From positions 1 to 64,000 of the IMG/VR virus record IMGVR_UViG_3300020577_003668: a stretch of 64,000 nt of DNA; one strand, 5' to 3'. Both the position numbers and the translations under genes were made by a program. The notes under the pieces were generated by a model, which saw nothing but the letters and a program-made list of their open reading frames with translations, made no database searches and was not told the origin of the DNA. Below, one piece after another: positions 30,994 to 40,406 of this stretch; positions within the stretch are counted from its first letter, which is position 1, and each line of letters begins with the position of its first letter. Source of the stretch: a virus (Duplodnaviria; Caudoviricetes).

Positions 30994-31252
30994 GTGCAAA
31001 AATTTTCTGGGCTATGGAATCTAGATTTGACTGTAGAGGTTGATTAGGATATAATATTTATTGATCTGGGAAAGTGTGATGATTGATGCCGTAGGCATCT
31101 GGCTGCCTTGGTCAGTCTATAGGCACCGAAAGTATTGGTCATAAAAATCTAAAATAGGCCCGGAGGATGGGTATTGTAGATTATAACACATTTTTAGTCT
31201 CCTAACCGGCCCTATTTGTAACAGTCTGTAACTTGTGTAACAACATGTAAGA

Positions 31253-31787
31253 TGTAACAACCTGTAACTCGTAGGGTTATTGCTGTCAATAAGGGTTAAC
31301 ACCTATTGACACGCAAAAGATGTAACAACCTGTAACTCGTAGGGTTATTGCTGTCAATAAGGGTTAACACCTATTGACGCGCAAAAGATGTAACAACCTG
31401 TAACTTACAGGTTGTTATATTTGCGGCCCTAAATTGTACCATACAATTTAGGGCCGCGGCAAGAAAAAAGTTGTAACAACCTGTAACTCGTAGGGTTATT
31501 GCTGTCAATAAGGGTTAACACCTATTGACACGCAAAAGATGTAACAACCTGTAACTCGTAGGGTTATTGCTGTCAATAAGGGTTAACACCTATTGACGCG
31601 CAAAAGATGTAACAACCTGTAACTTACAGGTTGTTATATTTGCGGCCCTAAATTGTACCATACAATTTAGGGCCGCGGCAAGAAAAAAGTTGTAACAACC
31701 TGTAACTCGTAGGGTTATTGCTGTCAATAAGGGTTAACACCTATTGACACGCAAAAGATGTAACAACCTGTAACTCGTAGGGTTATT
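31253..31787. repeat. Higher-order tandem repeat: a 219-bp unit (68+68+83 bp) in about 2.4 copies
   Basis: TGTAACAACCTGTAAC starts at 31253, 31321, 31389, 31472, 31540, 31608, 31691 and 31759. Confidence 0.92.
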
Positions 31788-31863
31788 CGCACGCACTGCT
31801 AAAATCGTGTACATTACTTATATGGATTCTTCATCCTACCCCCTCCCCTCTAAGGCCGCTGCC

Positions 31864-32061
31864 ATGTTCGATTTTAAGGTTGAATTTTCTAAGGCCATTA
31901 CGCAAGCTATTGCCTCTAGCGACCGTAATCTTTATACTGCGCAAGCCGTTGCAGAATTGGCCGCTACGTTGGTGCCGGCAGATGTAGCAAAAGCCTATGG
32001 CCCTAACATGCTTAAGTCTTTGACTCGCACTGTACAAAACCTGCGTATTTGTGTAGCCTGA
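31864..32061 (+). CDS. Hypothetical pre-early protein
   Basis: ORF track 31807-32061; start chosen at MFDF after TAAGG. Confidence 0.55.
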   Translation: MFDFKVEFSKAITQAIASSDRNLYTAQAVAELAATLVPADVAKAYGPNMLKSLTRTVQNLRICVA

Positions 32062-32272
32062 TATACAACCAAGTATCGCCATGTAATCCAAGCATACCCT
32101 ACGGGGTATGCAGTCGCGCCGAAAATGTAACAACCTGTAACTTACAGGTTGTTACATTTGCGCCTAAATTGTACCACACAATTTAGGCCCGCGTCAATAA
32201 AAAAGTTGTAACAACCTGTAACAACATGTAAGATGTAACAGATTGTAATAAATTGTATTAATTTGTAACATT

Positions 32273-32407
32273 GCATACCCTACGGGGTACAGTACATGAG
32301 CATACCCTACGGGGTACAGTACATGAGCATACCCTACGGGGTACAGTACATAGGCATACCCTACGGGGTACAGTACATAGGCATACCCTACGAGGTACAG
32401 TACATAG
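32273..32407. repeat. Five tandem 27-bp repeats, each with a TACCCTACGGGGTA palindrome
   Basis: GCATACCCTACGGGGTACAGTACAT(GA/AG) repeated; the last copy has one substitution. Confidence 0.9.
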
Positions 32408-32505
32408 ATGTAACAGTTTGTAAAAGCACACACAGACGGACTAGGATGCGCTATATTAGGTACATGGATTCTTCATCTACCCTCACCCTGACGGAAGGAC
32501 TTGCC

Positions 32506-32640
32506 ATGTCTTCATTCTTCAAGCTGCAAGCGTATCACACTGCTGTTGCCAACGGCAGCATTAAGACTACACGCGCACAATGGGACATGCTGAATGCGCA
32601 CTATCATCGCATGGTTGCGATGTACATCCTCGGCTTCTAA
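32506..32640 (+). CDS. Small hypothetical pre-early protein
   Basis: GGAAGGA RBS, MSSFFKLQAYH... Confidence 0.5.
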   Translation: MSSFFKLQAYHTAVANGSIKTTRAQWDMLNAHYHRMVAMYILGF

Positions 32641-32769
32641 GGACCATCATGCAAGAAGAAGTTATGAGCGCATACATTGAAGGCTTGGACACTGAGACAA
32701 TTATGCGCATCTTTGACTTGACCTACCCCGAATTGTGCGCGATAATCATGGAGTACTAAGGAGATCATC

Positions 32770-32997
32770 ATGTATGCACTGCGCTCTGTTTCTTCCCCTC
32801 TGTTGTTACTTGCTGCCCACGGCAAGACCTATCCCACCATGGTAGCGATGCGCGCTGGCTGGGCGCGTGGCGATGACTTCAAGATGTATGGCTCCAGTTC
32901 GTACACTAGCATCCGTGACTTGGCCCGCCTGCAATGTGACAGCTCTAGCATCACACTGCATGACGTGCGCACTGGTGTTTCAATTGTTGTTGGTTAA
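32770..32997 (+). CDS. Hypothetical pre-early protein
   Basis: AAGGAG RBS, 75 aa. Confidence 0.6.
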   Translation: MYALRSVSSPLLLLAAHGKTYPTMVAMRAGWARGDDFKMYGSSSYTSIRDLARLQCDSSSITLHDVRTGVSIVVG

Positions 32998-33307
32998 CCA
33001 CTAGGAGAAATGAGAATGAACCTTAAGCAGATCAATGAGTTCCGCGTGTCGCACGGTCTGGCCCCCCTGCCTGCCCCTGCGCGTAAGGCGAACAGCGGTA
33101 ACGCTGCGAAGCGTGCCCAAGAATGCCGCGATCTGAAGGCCCGCCGTAGCAGCAACAAGAAGTAAGGATAGCATACCCCTAGGGGGTATGCGGGCGCCAT
33201 TTTACCATAGTAAAATGGGCCGCGTCAATCACTGTTACAAAGATTTACAACGTAAAGAAATGTAAAACCGCTGGACAGGTGGTTACCTAGCATATACTAT
33301 ATTAGAT

Positions 33308-33501
33308 GCATGGACACGAAACAAACCCGCAGCGAATACCTGGCAAACTTGCGGCTTGCCGAAAACGTGGATGCTCGGGCCAGCAGTTGGCGCGTGGCAT
33401 CTCCCTCCTGGGCTGATCCTGCTCCTGCGCGTGTTGTGCATCGCACTGTCAAGCGTAGCGCGTTGATTACCCTGAAAACCCTGTTCACATTCTGGAGATA
33501 G
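33308..33501 (+). CDS. Hypothetical pre-early protein
   Basis: About 63 aa directly after a -10 box (possibly leaderless); exact start uncertain. Confidence 0.45.
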
Positions 33502-33885
33502 TCGAATGTTTAAACTATTGCATAATGGTAAGACCATTTTGCGAGGTACGTATCGGCAATGCGTTATGCGACGTGCTGAGTTGCGCTCTGGTGATGGCGC
33601 ATTCTTTAATTCTCTAACTATCGTGCCGTGCGATATTGATTTTGACGGTTTCACTGGCTATTCACTGTAACAAAAGCCGACCAATTTGGTCGGCTTTTTG
33701 CGGCGCCGAAAATGTAACAACCTGTAACTTACAGGTTGTTACAAGTTTTACAGTTTGCGCCGATTTTATCATAGAAAATCGGGCCGCGTCAATAGGGTAA
33801 CTACCTATTGACAGCAGAAAGTTGTAACAACCTGTAACTTGAAGGGGTATAAGCATATAGGCCGAAAATGCGCTAGAATCGCGGT

Positions 33886-34275
33886 ATGGCACAGACACTG
33901 GCTCACCTGATCGCACTGGCAGATATTCGTCGCAATATCGTATGGGATAAGTTGCGCAAGATTTACCCCGATATTCAAATTCGTTACCCTGCCATTATCA
34001 TCAATAAGCGGCTGAAAACTACTGGCGGGCGGGCATTTACTTGGAAGAATCCCCAGTATATTGATTTGAGCCATGATTTGCTTTTGGAGCATGGCGAATC
34101 TTTTATTAATTGGGTAGTACCCCACGAATTAGCCCACTTGGTTGCCTATACTAAATACGATGATAATGGGCACGGTAATGGCTGGAAAACAGTAATGCAA
34201 AAGGATCTGGGTATCCTGCCAGAAAGATGCCATCCTTTTGAAAATACTAAATGGGTGGCGAGTCGCGCAAAATGA
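33886..34275 (+). CDS. SprT-like zinc metalloprotease domain protein
   Basis: RLKTTGGRA, HELAH, HGNGWKTVM, CH motifs. Confidence 0.85.
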   Translation: MAQTLAHLIALADIRRNIVWDKLRKIYPDIQIRYPAIIINKRLKTTGGRAFTWKNPQYIDLSHDLLLEHGESFINWVVPHELAHLVAYTKYDDNGHGNGWKTVMQKDLGILPERCHPFENTKWVASRAK

Positions 34276-34527
34276 AAAACTTTCCTAGTTTGTTGGCGGT
34301 AATTGGCGCATGGCTTTGTGCCATTGGTTTGATTCTGCCGGGTATTATTGCGTTTTTGTGCAGTTCGCTAGTCGCAATATATATTAATGAGGATCATTCG
34401 ATTTTCACGTTTGCATTCTTTGCTGCTAATATCGTCGCATTTTTCAGGCTGATTTAATATGCTGCAATATACATTCTTGATTGTTGTTGTTTACGCATTT
34501 GCTCCAATCATCATCATTTATTTCTGC

Positions 34528-34783
34528 GATGAACACTGAAATTCTCGGCTGGATTGGCTCCCTATTGTTCGCAGTATGCGGCGCACCGCAAGCGTGGCAA
34601 TGTATGCGGGATGGACATTCTAGGGGGCTGAATTGGTTTTTCCTTTTGGCGTGGCTAGGGGGTGAGATACTGACAATCATTTATGTTATTCCCAAAATGG
34701 ATTTGCCTTTACTGTCAAACTATTTTGCGAATCTTTTGTTTCTAGGCGTGATGATACGTTATAAACTCTGGGAAAGAAAATGA
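34528..34783 (+). CDS. PQ-loop / SemiSWEET-like small membrane protein
   Basis: GWIGSLLFAVCGAPQAW...SRGLNWFFL with three hydrophobic helices. Confidence 0.75.
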
Positions 34784-34997
34784 AACTATTTGAGATTGTT
34801 TTCGCTGACGGTCGCAGCATTATTCAATTCGCAAATACTCGGCGCGAATTGCGTATTAAGTTTGCCGGGTATATGATTCGTGAAATTAACCGCGTGGATA
34901 TTCATTAATGGCTGAATACATTTTTACCACATTATTGTGGGTATTGATTGTGTATATGTGTTGGGGTTATCGCAAATATATGCACAGATAATCAAAA

Positions 34998-35022
34998 TTA
35001 CCCGACTGATTTAGTCGGGTAA
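34998..35022. promoter_or_regulatory. IscR type-1-like box, doubling as a terminator hairpin
   Basis: TTACCCGACTGATTTAGTCGGGTAA against consensus ATASYYGACTRWWWYAGTCRRSTAT. Confidence 0.7.
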
Positions 35023-35094
35023 TTTGCGCCAAAATTATATCATATAATTTTGGGCCGCGTCAACAAAAAAGTTGTAACAGTTTGTAACAGCATA

Positions 35095-35110
35095 AGCAAG
35101 AAGCGTGCCA
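35095..35110 (-). promoter_or_regulatory. Sigma54 -24/-12 site
   Basis: TGGCAC-GCTTC-TTGCT. Confidence 0.75.
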
Positions 35111-35303
35111 GGTTTCTGTATACCCCTACGGGTACCCATATATACCATACGTGGTAGGGTACACTGGCCACCTAAGAAGATGGATACCCTACGGTGTATT
35201 AATTATGGATACCTAAGAAGGCGTCGATCTTTTTGTGCCGATAGGTGGGGGGCTTGAACCCGAAAATCGGCACGATTCGGCGTGTGAGGCGTTTATGGGG
35301 CCA

Positions 35304-35319
35304 AGCAAGACGTGTGCCA
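35304..35319 (-). promoter_or_regulatory. Sigma54 -24/-12 site
   Basis: TGGCAC-ACGTC-TTGCT. Confidence 0.75.
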
Positions 35320-35492
35320 GAAATTAGAAATCCGCGCCAAAATTGTAACAACCTGTAACTTGTAGGGGTAAGGGTAAACACCTATTGACATGTAATAGTT
35401 TGTAAAACCACTTGACCACACAATTTAGTAGGACATTGCGCACACTGGCTGGAAACGTGCTAAGATCGTCACTCAACAACGGAAGGTCTTAA

Positions 35493-35969
35493 ATGCCCGC
35501 AATTACTAAGGTTTCCATCTATGATATGGATGGCACTATCGTGGATTCAACCCACAGATATCGCACAGTTACTGTGAATGGTATTGAAAAGATTGATCTG
35601 GAATACTGGCGTGCAAATGAATATCGCGCGATGGATGATGGTTTGCTGCCATTGGCTGAACAGTATCGCAGAGAATTGCGCGATGAAAATACATATGTGA
35701 TTATTGCCACTGCGCGGGTTATGGGCGCGGCAGATTGGCAGTTTGTCGATGAAATTCTCGGCAAACCCGATTATTTCATTAGTCGTCGCGCAGGTGAAAC
35801 TATTTCTGGCGGTCAATTGAAAATCAACGGCCTGCAAAAGTTTTTTAACCTGAAACAGTTTCGCAAGGCTGACGCAGTATTTTATGAAGATAATACTTCA
35901 TACTTGAAAGCAGTTTGCGATCATTTCCAAATCCGTGGCGTTTATATTCCTTCAAAACAGGGTCATTAA
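35493..35969 (+). CDS. HAD-superfamily phosphatase / nucleotidase
   Basis: DMDGT motif I, IATAR motif II, FYEDN motif IV. Confidence 0.85.
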   Translation: MPAITKVSIYDMDGTIVDSTHRYRTVTVNGIEKIDLEYWRANEYRAMDDGLLPLAEQYRRELRDENTYVIIATARVMGAADWQFVDEILGKPDYFISRRAGETISGGQLKINGLQKFFNLKQFRKADAVFYEDNTSYLKAVCDHFQIRGVYIPSKQGH

Positions 35970-36501
35970 TATGTGGAAAATGCTCAATTTTAAAAGAGAT
36001 AAGCGCACTGTTAAAAATGTGCTCAAGTTTCCATTTATCATTATGGGGGGTTTTGTGACTATGTTTTTCTGGCTTATCGAATATATTCATTTTGAATGGT
36101 CTGAGGTAGTTTGTGATAAACTACCTAAATGGGATATGTAATATGTCATTAGTTATTTTCTTGGTTGTTTGTACTGCGATTCTCGCAGTATTTGGAGCAG
36201 TATTCTTTATTAAATGGCTATATAACGAATATATTATATGGGCGTTTGAACAGTAAATAATAGCCGCAATATGCGGCTATTATTTTGCCCATACTCTGTT
36301 ACATTCTGTTACATATGGGCGCCAAAATTATAGCATATAATTTTGGGCCGCGTCAAGCGGCAAGGTGTAACAGTTTGTAACAGCAACAGGGCGAGTTGTA
36401 ACAATTTGTAATAACGCTTGACAGACTGATTTAGTAGGACATTGCGCGGGCTGGCTGGAAACGTGGTACACTCAGGTTCCCTAAACAACGGAGTTTCTAG
36501 C

Positions 36502-37200
36502 GTGGCTGCAAAACAGTATTTTCTGATTGTCGATACTGAAACTAGTATTTCAGATAAGGTTGTCGATTTTGGCGCTGTTATCTGTGATCGGCAAGGCAAT
36601 ATATATTCTCAATGTGCGGTTTTGATTAATACCGTTTTCGGCGTAGATTCTCTATTCTACGACAAAGCCGCTTCGGGTATCTGGTCTGTTAATAGCGTGC
36701 AGCGTCGCATGGATAATTATAATAATATGCTGAATACTGGGTCTAGAATGCTTGCCTCAGTTAATGCTATTAATCGCTGGCTTGATAAGGCAAATGCCAA
36801 GTATAGCCCCGAACTTACCGCTTATAATCTGGCTTTCGATATGGGTAAATGCCGCAATACTGGTATCGAACTGGATATCTTTCAAAAGCGGTTTTGCTTG
36901 TGGGCTGCGTCTATCGGCAATATCTGCAATACTAAGGCATACCGCGAATTTGTTTTGAATAATCACCTTTTCAATGCTCGTACTGATAAGGGAAACATGA
37001 CTTATTCGACTACCGCCGAGAATGTCACGGGGTTTCTCACTGGTACTCTGACCGATGAACCCCATACTAGTATCGAGGATATTATCGGTTATGAATTGCC
37101 GACCCTGGTGCATATTGCCAAAAAGGCAAAATGGCGAGATAAGATTACTCCGTATTCGTGGAATCACCATCAAGTTAACCAACATTTCAAGGTGAAATAA
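36502..37200 (+). CDS. DEDDh (DnaQ-like) 3'-5' exonuclease
   Basis: IVDTET, AYNLAFD, HTSIED; GTG start after GGAG. Confidence 0.8.
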   Translation: MAAKQYFLIVDTETSISDKVVDFGAVICDRQGNIYSQCAVLINTVFGVDSLFYDKAASGIWSVNSVQRRMDNYNNMLNTGSRMLASVNAINRWLDKANAKYSPELTAYNLAFDMGKCRNTGIELDIFQKRFCLWAASIGNICNTKAYREFVLNNHLFNARTDKGNMTYSTTAENVTGFLTGTLTDEPHTSIEDIIGYELPTLVHIAKKAKWRDKITPYSWNHHQVNQHFKVK

Positions 37201-37201
37201 T

Positions 37202-37582
37202 ATGATGGATATTGGTACTATGATTCTCACAGCCTGTAAGGCTTTGAATATCAATATACCCGTGAGGGTTACTCTGGTCAATAAGTTTACTAAGAAAATG
37301 AAGGACACCGCTGGAATAACTTATACCATTTACCGCAAAAACAAAATCCAGTATTTCAAGATATCCATTTGCTTGAGTGAATGCCTTATGTCTGGATATT
37401 CGGTGAGTGATACCATATTGCATGAACTGGTACACGCTAGTATGGTCGAGAATAATAAGTTTAATAATGACTACCATCACGACGCCGTATTTCAGGATAT
37501 CTGCGAGAAACTCAAGACCTATATGCAAGAAATGGGTTTCCCGGTGGGGGTACTATATAATCCTGATATTGATAAGAGTTAA
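37202..37582 (+). CDS. SprT-like HExxH metalloprotease domain protein
   Basis: TILHELVHA...HHDAVF. Confidence 0.7.
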   Translation: MMDIGTMILTACKALNINIPVRVTLVNKFTKKMKDTAGITYTIYRKNKIQYFKISICLSECLMSGYSVSDTILHELVHASMVENNKFNNDYHHDAVFQDICEKLKTYMQEMGFPVGVLYNPDIDKS

Positions 37583-37962
37583 TTTCACAAACCCGCTCCG
37601 GCGGGTTTTTTTATTATCTCGATACTATACCCCCGGGGGTACCCGGGCGCCAATTTTACCACGTAAAATTGGGCCGCGTCAAGCGACTGTTACATCTGTT
37701 ACGTACGGCGGCGGATACCCTACGGGGTACCCTATATACCCTACGGGGTAGGGCAATACCCGACTGAATTACTCAACAATGCGCACAGACTGCGAAAGTC
37801 TGTTATATTTATGTCTCTGGATTACGCAACGCAGCAAAGGACGCAAAAACCCTACACTTGACTCGGAATTGAAACCTGAGTTATACTAGTTTCAACGGTT
37901 ATCGGTGCTACCGGCAAAACGCAAAAGCCCCGATTGTTCCTAGTTTTTCTGGAGTATTGAAA

Positions 37963-38454
37963 ATGGCGAAGACTGAAAAGGTTGTGAATTACACTGACGC
38001 GCAAGCGTCCGAACTCAAGGCGGCGTATGTTGCGAATCCTACCAAGGAAACCGTGGCAACTTTTGCTGCGAAGTTTGGTAAGACTACACGGAGCATCGTT
38101 GCCAAACTGGCAAAGATGGAAGTTTACCAAAAGGCTGAATATGTCAGCAAAACTGGCGAAAAGCCTGTCAAGAAGGATGCCCATGCCGATGCTATCGCTA
38201 AGGTGCTGGGCCTGTCCGAAAACGATGCGGAATCGTTGACCAAGGCGAATAAGACCGCACTTGTTAAGGTGTTTTCCGCTTTGGCAAATTCCGTGCCAGT
38301 TGAAGCGGAAACTCCCGAGGAAACGGCCGCAAAGCCGGATTCTATCGCGGTGCTGGTGCGAGTCGCGGGCTTGACTGCCGAGGATGCTAAGAGCATCGGT
38401 CGGGTGCGCGGTGCGGTGCTGGCCAAGTTGGCAGCGGTTTTCGCTGACGAATGA
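37963..38454 (+). CDS. T5 A2/D3-like DNA-binding protein
   Basis: NYT..Q...L...Y, FGKTTRSIVAKL...VY, ESLTKA pattern; duplicated C-terminal module. Confidence 0.7.
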   Translation: MAKTEKVVNYTDAQASELKAAYVANPTKETVATFAAKFGKTTRSIVAKLAKMEVYQKAEYVSKTGEKPVKKDAHADAIAKVLGLSENDAESLTKANKTALVKVFSALANSVPVEAETPEETAAKPDSIAVLVRVAGLTAEDAKSIGRVRGAVLAKLAAVFADE

Positions 38455-38555
38455 CAATAGGGGGAAACCCCTATTGCAAAAACGGGCAACGCACTCGGAA
38501 GCTAATTGCATGCGTGTAGGTGTTGGAAATCCGCAACACTGAACTATTCGGTAGA

Positions 38556-38580
38556 ATAGCCGACTAATATAGTCGGCTAT
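38556..38580. promoter_or_regulatory. IscR type-1 box (full consensus match), doubling as a terminator hairpin
   Basis: ATAGCCGACTAATATAGTCGGCTAT followed by a T run. Confidence 0.75.
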
Positions 38581-38839
38581 TTTTTGGCCGCGCGCTGTTA
38601 CAAACTGTTACACTTTAATGCTTGACACGGCACGCTGCGCGTGCTATAATGAAAGCGCTGGCGCGCCAAAATTTTGTTACAATTGGTTACAAAGGCTAAT
38701 TATACCATCAAAATCGTGCCCGTGTCAAGAAATATAAATAGCCCTGCAATCTGGTCAACAATGCACACAGGCTGCGATTCTGGCTTATACTGTGTTCCTG
38801 GGTTGGCGATGTTGCTGCCCCTAACTTGAAAGGTTCGAT

Positions 38840-39148
38840 ATGATCTCCAATTCCAAGCTTACCAAGGAACAAAAGGAAGCTCGCAAGGTGCATAAGGCTA
38901 CAATCGTTGCTCAGGGTGGTGCGATTGTCACTAGTTCCGATGGCTCAGTTACCGTTGCTTTCATGCCTGAGTTTCAGGGTTCACGCATGCTGGCTGTCGG
39001 CGTTTCCGTTGCTTCACCGTATGAACGCAAGATTCGTGCCAAGGTGGGCGAATATCATGCGCTGGACAATTTGATGTTCGGCAATGCGATCAAGGTGCCC
39101 GATGGCGTAGATATGTACGCGCTGGCTGATGTAATCGCGGATCATTAA
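38840..39148 (+). CDS. Hypothetical protein
   Basis: 102 aa, GAAAGG RBS. Confidence 0.6.
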   Translation: MISNSKLTKEQKEARKVHKATIVAQGGAIVTSSDGSVTVAFMPEFQGSRMLAVGVSVASPYERKIRAKVGEYHALDNLMFGNAIKVPDGVDMYALADVIADH

Positions 39149-39217
39149 TCAATAGGGGGAAACCCCTATTCTAGCGGCGCATCAGACTGCTAGAATAGGT
39201 GCTTCACTTGGGAGTAA

Positions 39218-39451
39218 ATGATGCTTTCACCTTACGAATATCCAGTTGACCGTGTTATCGGTCAGGTCAATACTAGCGAAATGAATCCGCAATTGCCAGT
39301 CGCTGAAATTCAGGGTTTGCACAATTCCGGCTTGTCAACTGACGAGGATGGCGAAACCATTTTCGACGTTGATGATCCCGAAATCCCTTTCGGCTGGCGT
39401 ATTATTGAAGCCGATGATCTTTCCCTTTTCTTTCCCTCGGAGATTCTGTGA
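39218..39451 (+). CDS. Hypothetical acidic protein
   Basis: 77 aa, GGGAG RBS. Confidence 0.55.
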   Translation: MMLSPYEYPVDRVIGQVNTSEMNPQLPVAEIQGLHNSGLSTDEDGETIFDVDDPEIPFGWRIIEADDLSLFFPSEIL

Positions 39452-39807
39452 TGCGTGAATATGTACCCTTTTCGGCTCTGTTGGGCCTGACGTTTGCCAA
39501 TGTCGTGGCTGAAGATGATAAGGTTATCTTCACTCATGCCGATGGCCGCGTTTTCACTTTGGAACATATTCAAGATTGTTGCGAGCATGTATACATTGAA
39601 AGTATCGTCGGTGATCTGCCTGATCTGGTGGATAGCGAGATTCTGCGCGCTAATGAGGAAACGCAGTATGATCCAGATACTGAGTATGGCGAGTGGACCT
39701 TTTACAAACTGGCTACCTGTAAAGGTTATGTCGATATTCGGTTCTATGGTTCCAGTAATGGTTACTATGGCGTAGGCGTGGACCTTTGGGTAGATATTCC
39801 CGAATAA
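39448..39807 (+). CDS. Conserved phage hypothetical protein
   Basis: HIQDCCEHVYIE...WTFYKLAT.KGYVDIRFYGSSNGYY. Confidence 0.7.
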   Translation: MMREYVPFSALLGLTFANVVAEDDKVIFTHADGRVFTLEHIQDCCEHVYIESIVGDLPDLVDSEILRANEETQYDPDTEYGEWTFYKLATCKGYVDIRFYGSSNGYYGVGVDLWVDIPE

Positions 39808-39963
39808 CTAGAAAAACCCGAGATAATCGGGTTTTTCAATACTTTAAATTGTAACAACCTGTAACTTACAGGTTGTTACAATTTGCGCCAAAATTATACC
39901 ATAATTTTGGCACCCGCGTCAAGCGTTGTTACAAACACTTACACGCTGTTGTTTTTGCGCAAC

Positions 39964-39979
39964 TGGCACGATTCTTGCT
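39964..39979 (+). promoter_or_regulatory. Sigma54 -24/-12 site
   Basis: TGGCAC-GATTC-TTGCT. Confidence 0.75.
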
Positions 39980-39989
39980 TGCAGGCCTG

Positions 39990-40008
39990 AATGCGAATCA
40001 TTCTCGTT
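39990..40008. promoter_or_regulatory. Fur-like box
   Basis: AATGCGAATCATTCTCGTT, two mismatches to the palindrome AATGAGAATCATTCTCATT. Confidence 0.6.
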
Positions 40009-40406
40009 CGCATTGTTAGTAAGCGCTAACTGGGGCGATATGTAACAACCTGTAACTTGTAGGGTTATTCGGAAGTTAGTGAGCACTAACTAACTTTTTT
40101 CACTACCAAAATTGCGCACGCTTTCGCGCGGCGCCAGTGGTAGATCTTGGCAAGTGCAAAATCTCAGATGCGATTTGCGCCAAATTATACCAGTGGTAAA
40201 CCTTGGCAGTCAAGTAAGAATTTTCAATCGTAAAACACAGCCTCTGCAACCATCAAACTTTTTTTCTTGAAGAATTTTATGTAATCGGGCATAATAATGA
40301 AATGCGTTAGGGAATCAAGGAAAGCATAGCCAGCGCGACCATAAAACGTGCGGGCGGAACTATCCGAAATTATCGAATGCATCAACATAGCGGCGAAATT
40401 TCTTTC

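Noticed and set aside
31253-32407. CRISPR array
   Set aside because: The repeats are contiguous and near-identical with no unique spacers, and no cas genes are present
32194-32505. ORFs 32194-32433 and the 5' part of 32296-32640
   Set aside because: Translations of the 27-bp DNA repeat; the credible start is at 32506
35116-35131. LexA box CTGT-N8-ACGG
   Set aside because: Single mismatched instance overlapping a TACCC palindrome; the common CTGT-N5-ACAG has the wrong spacing
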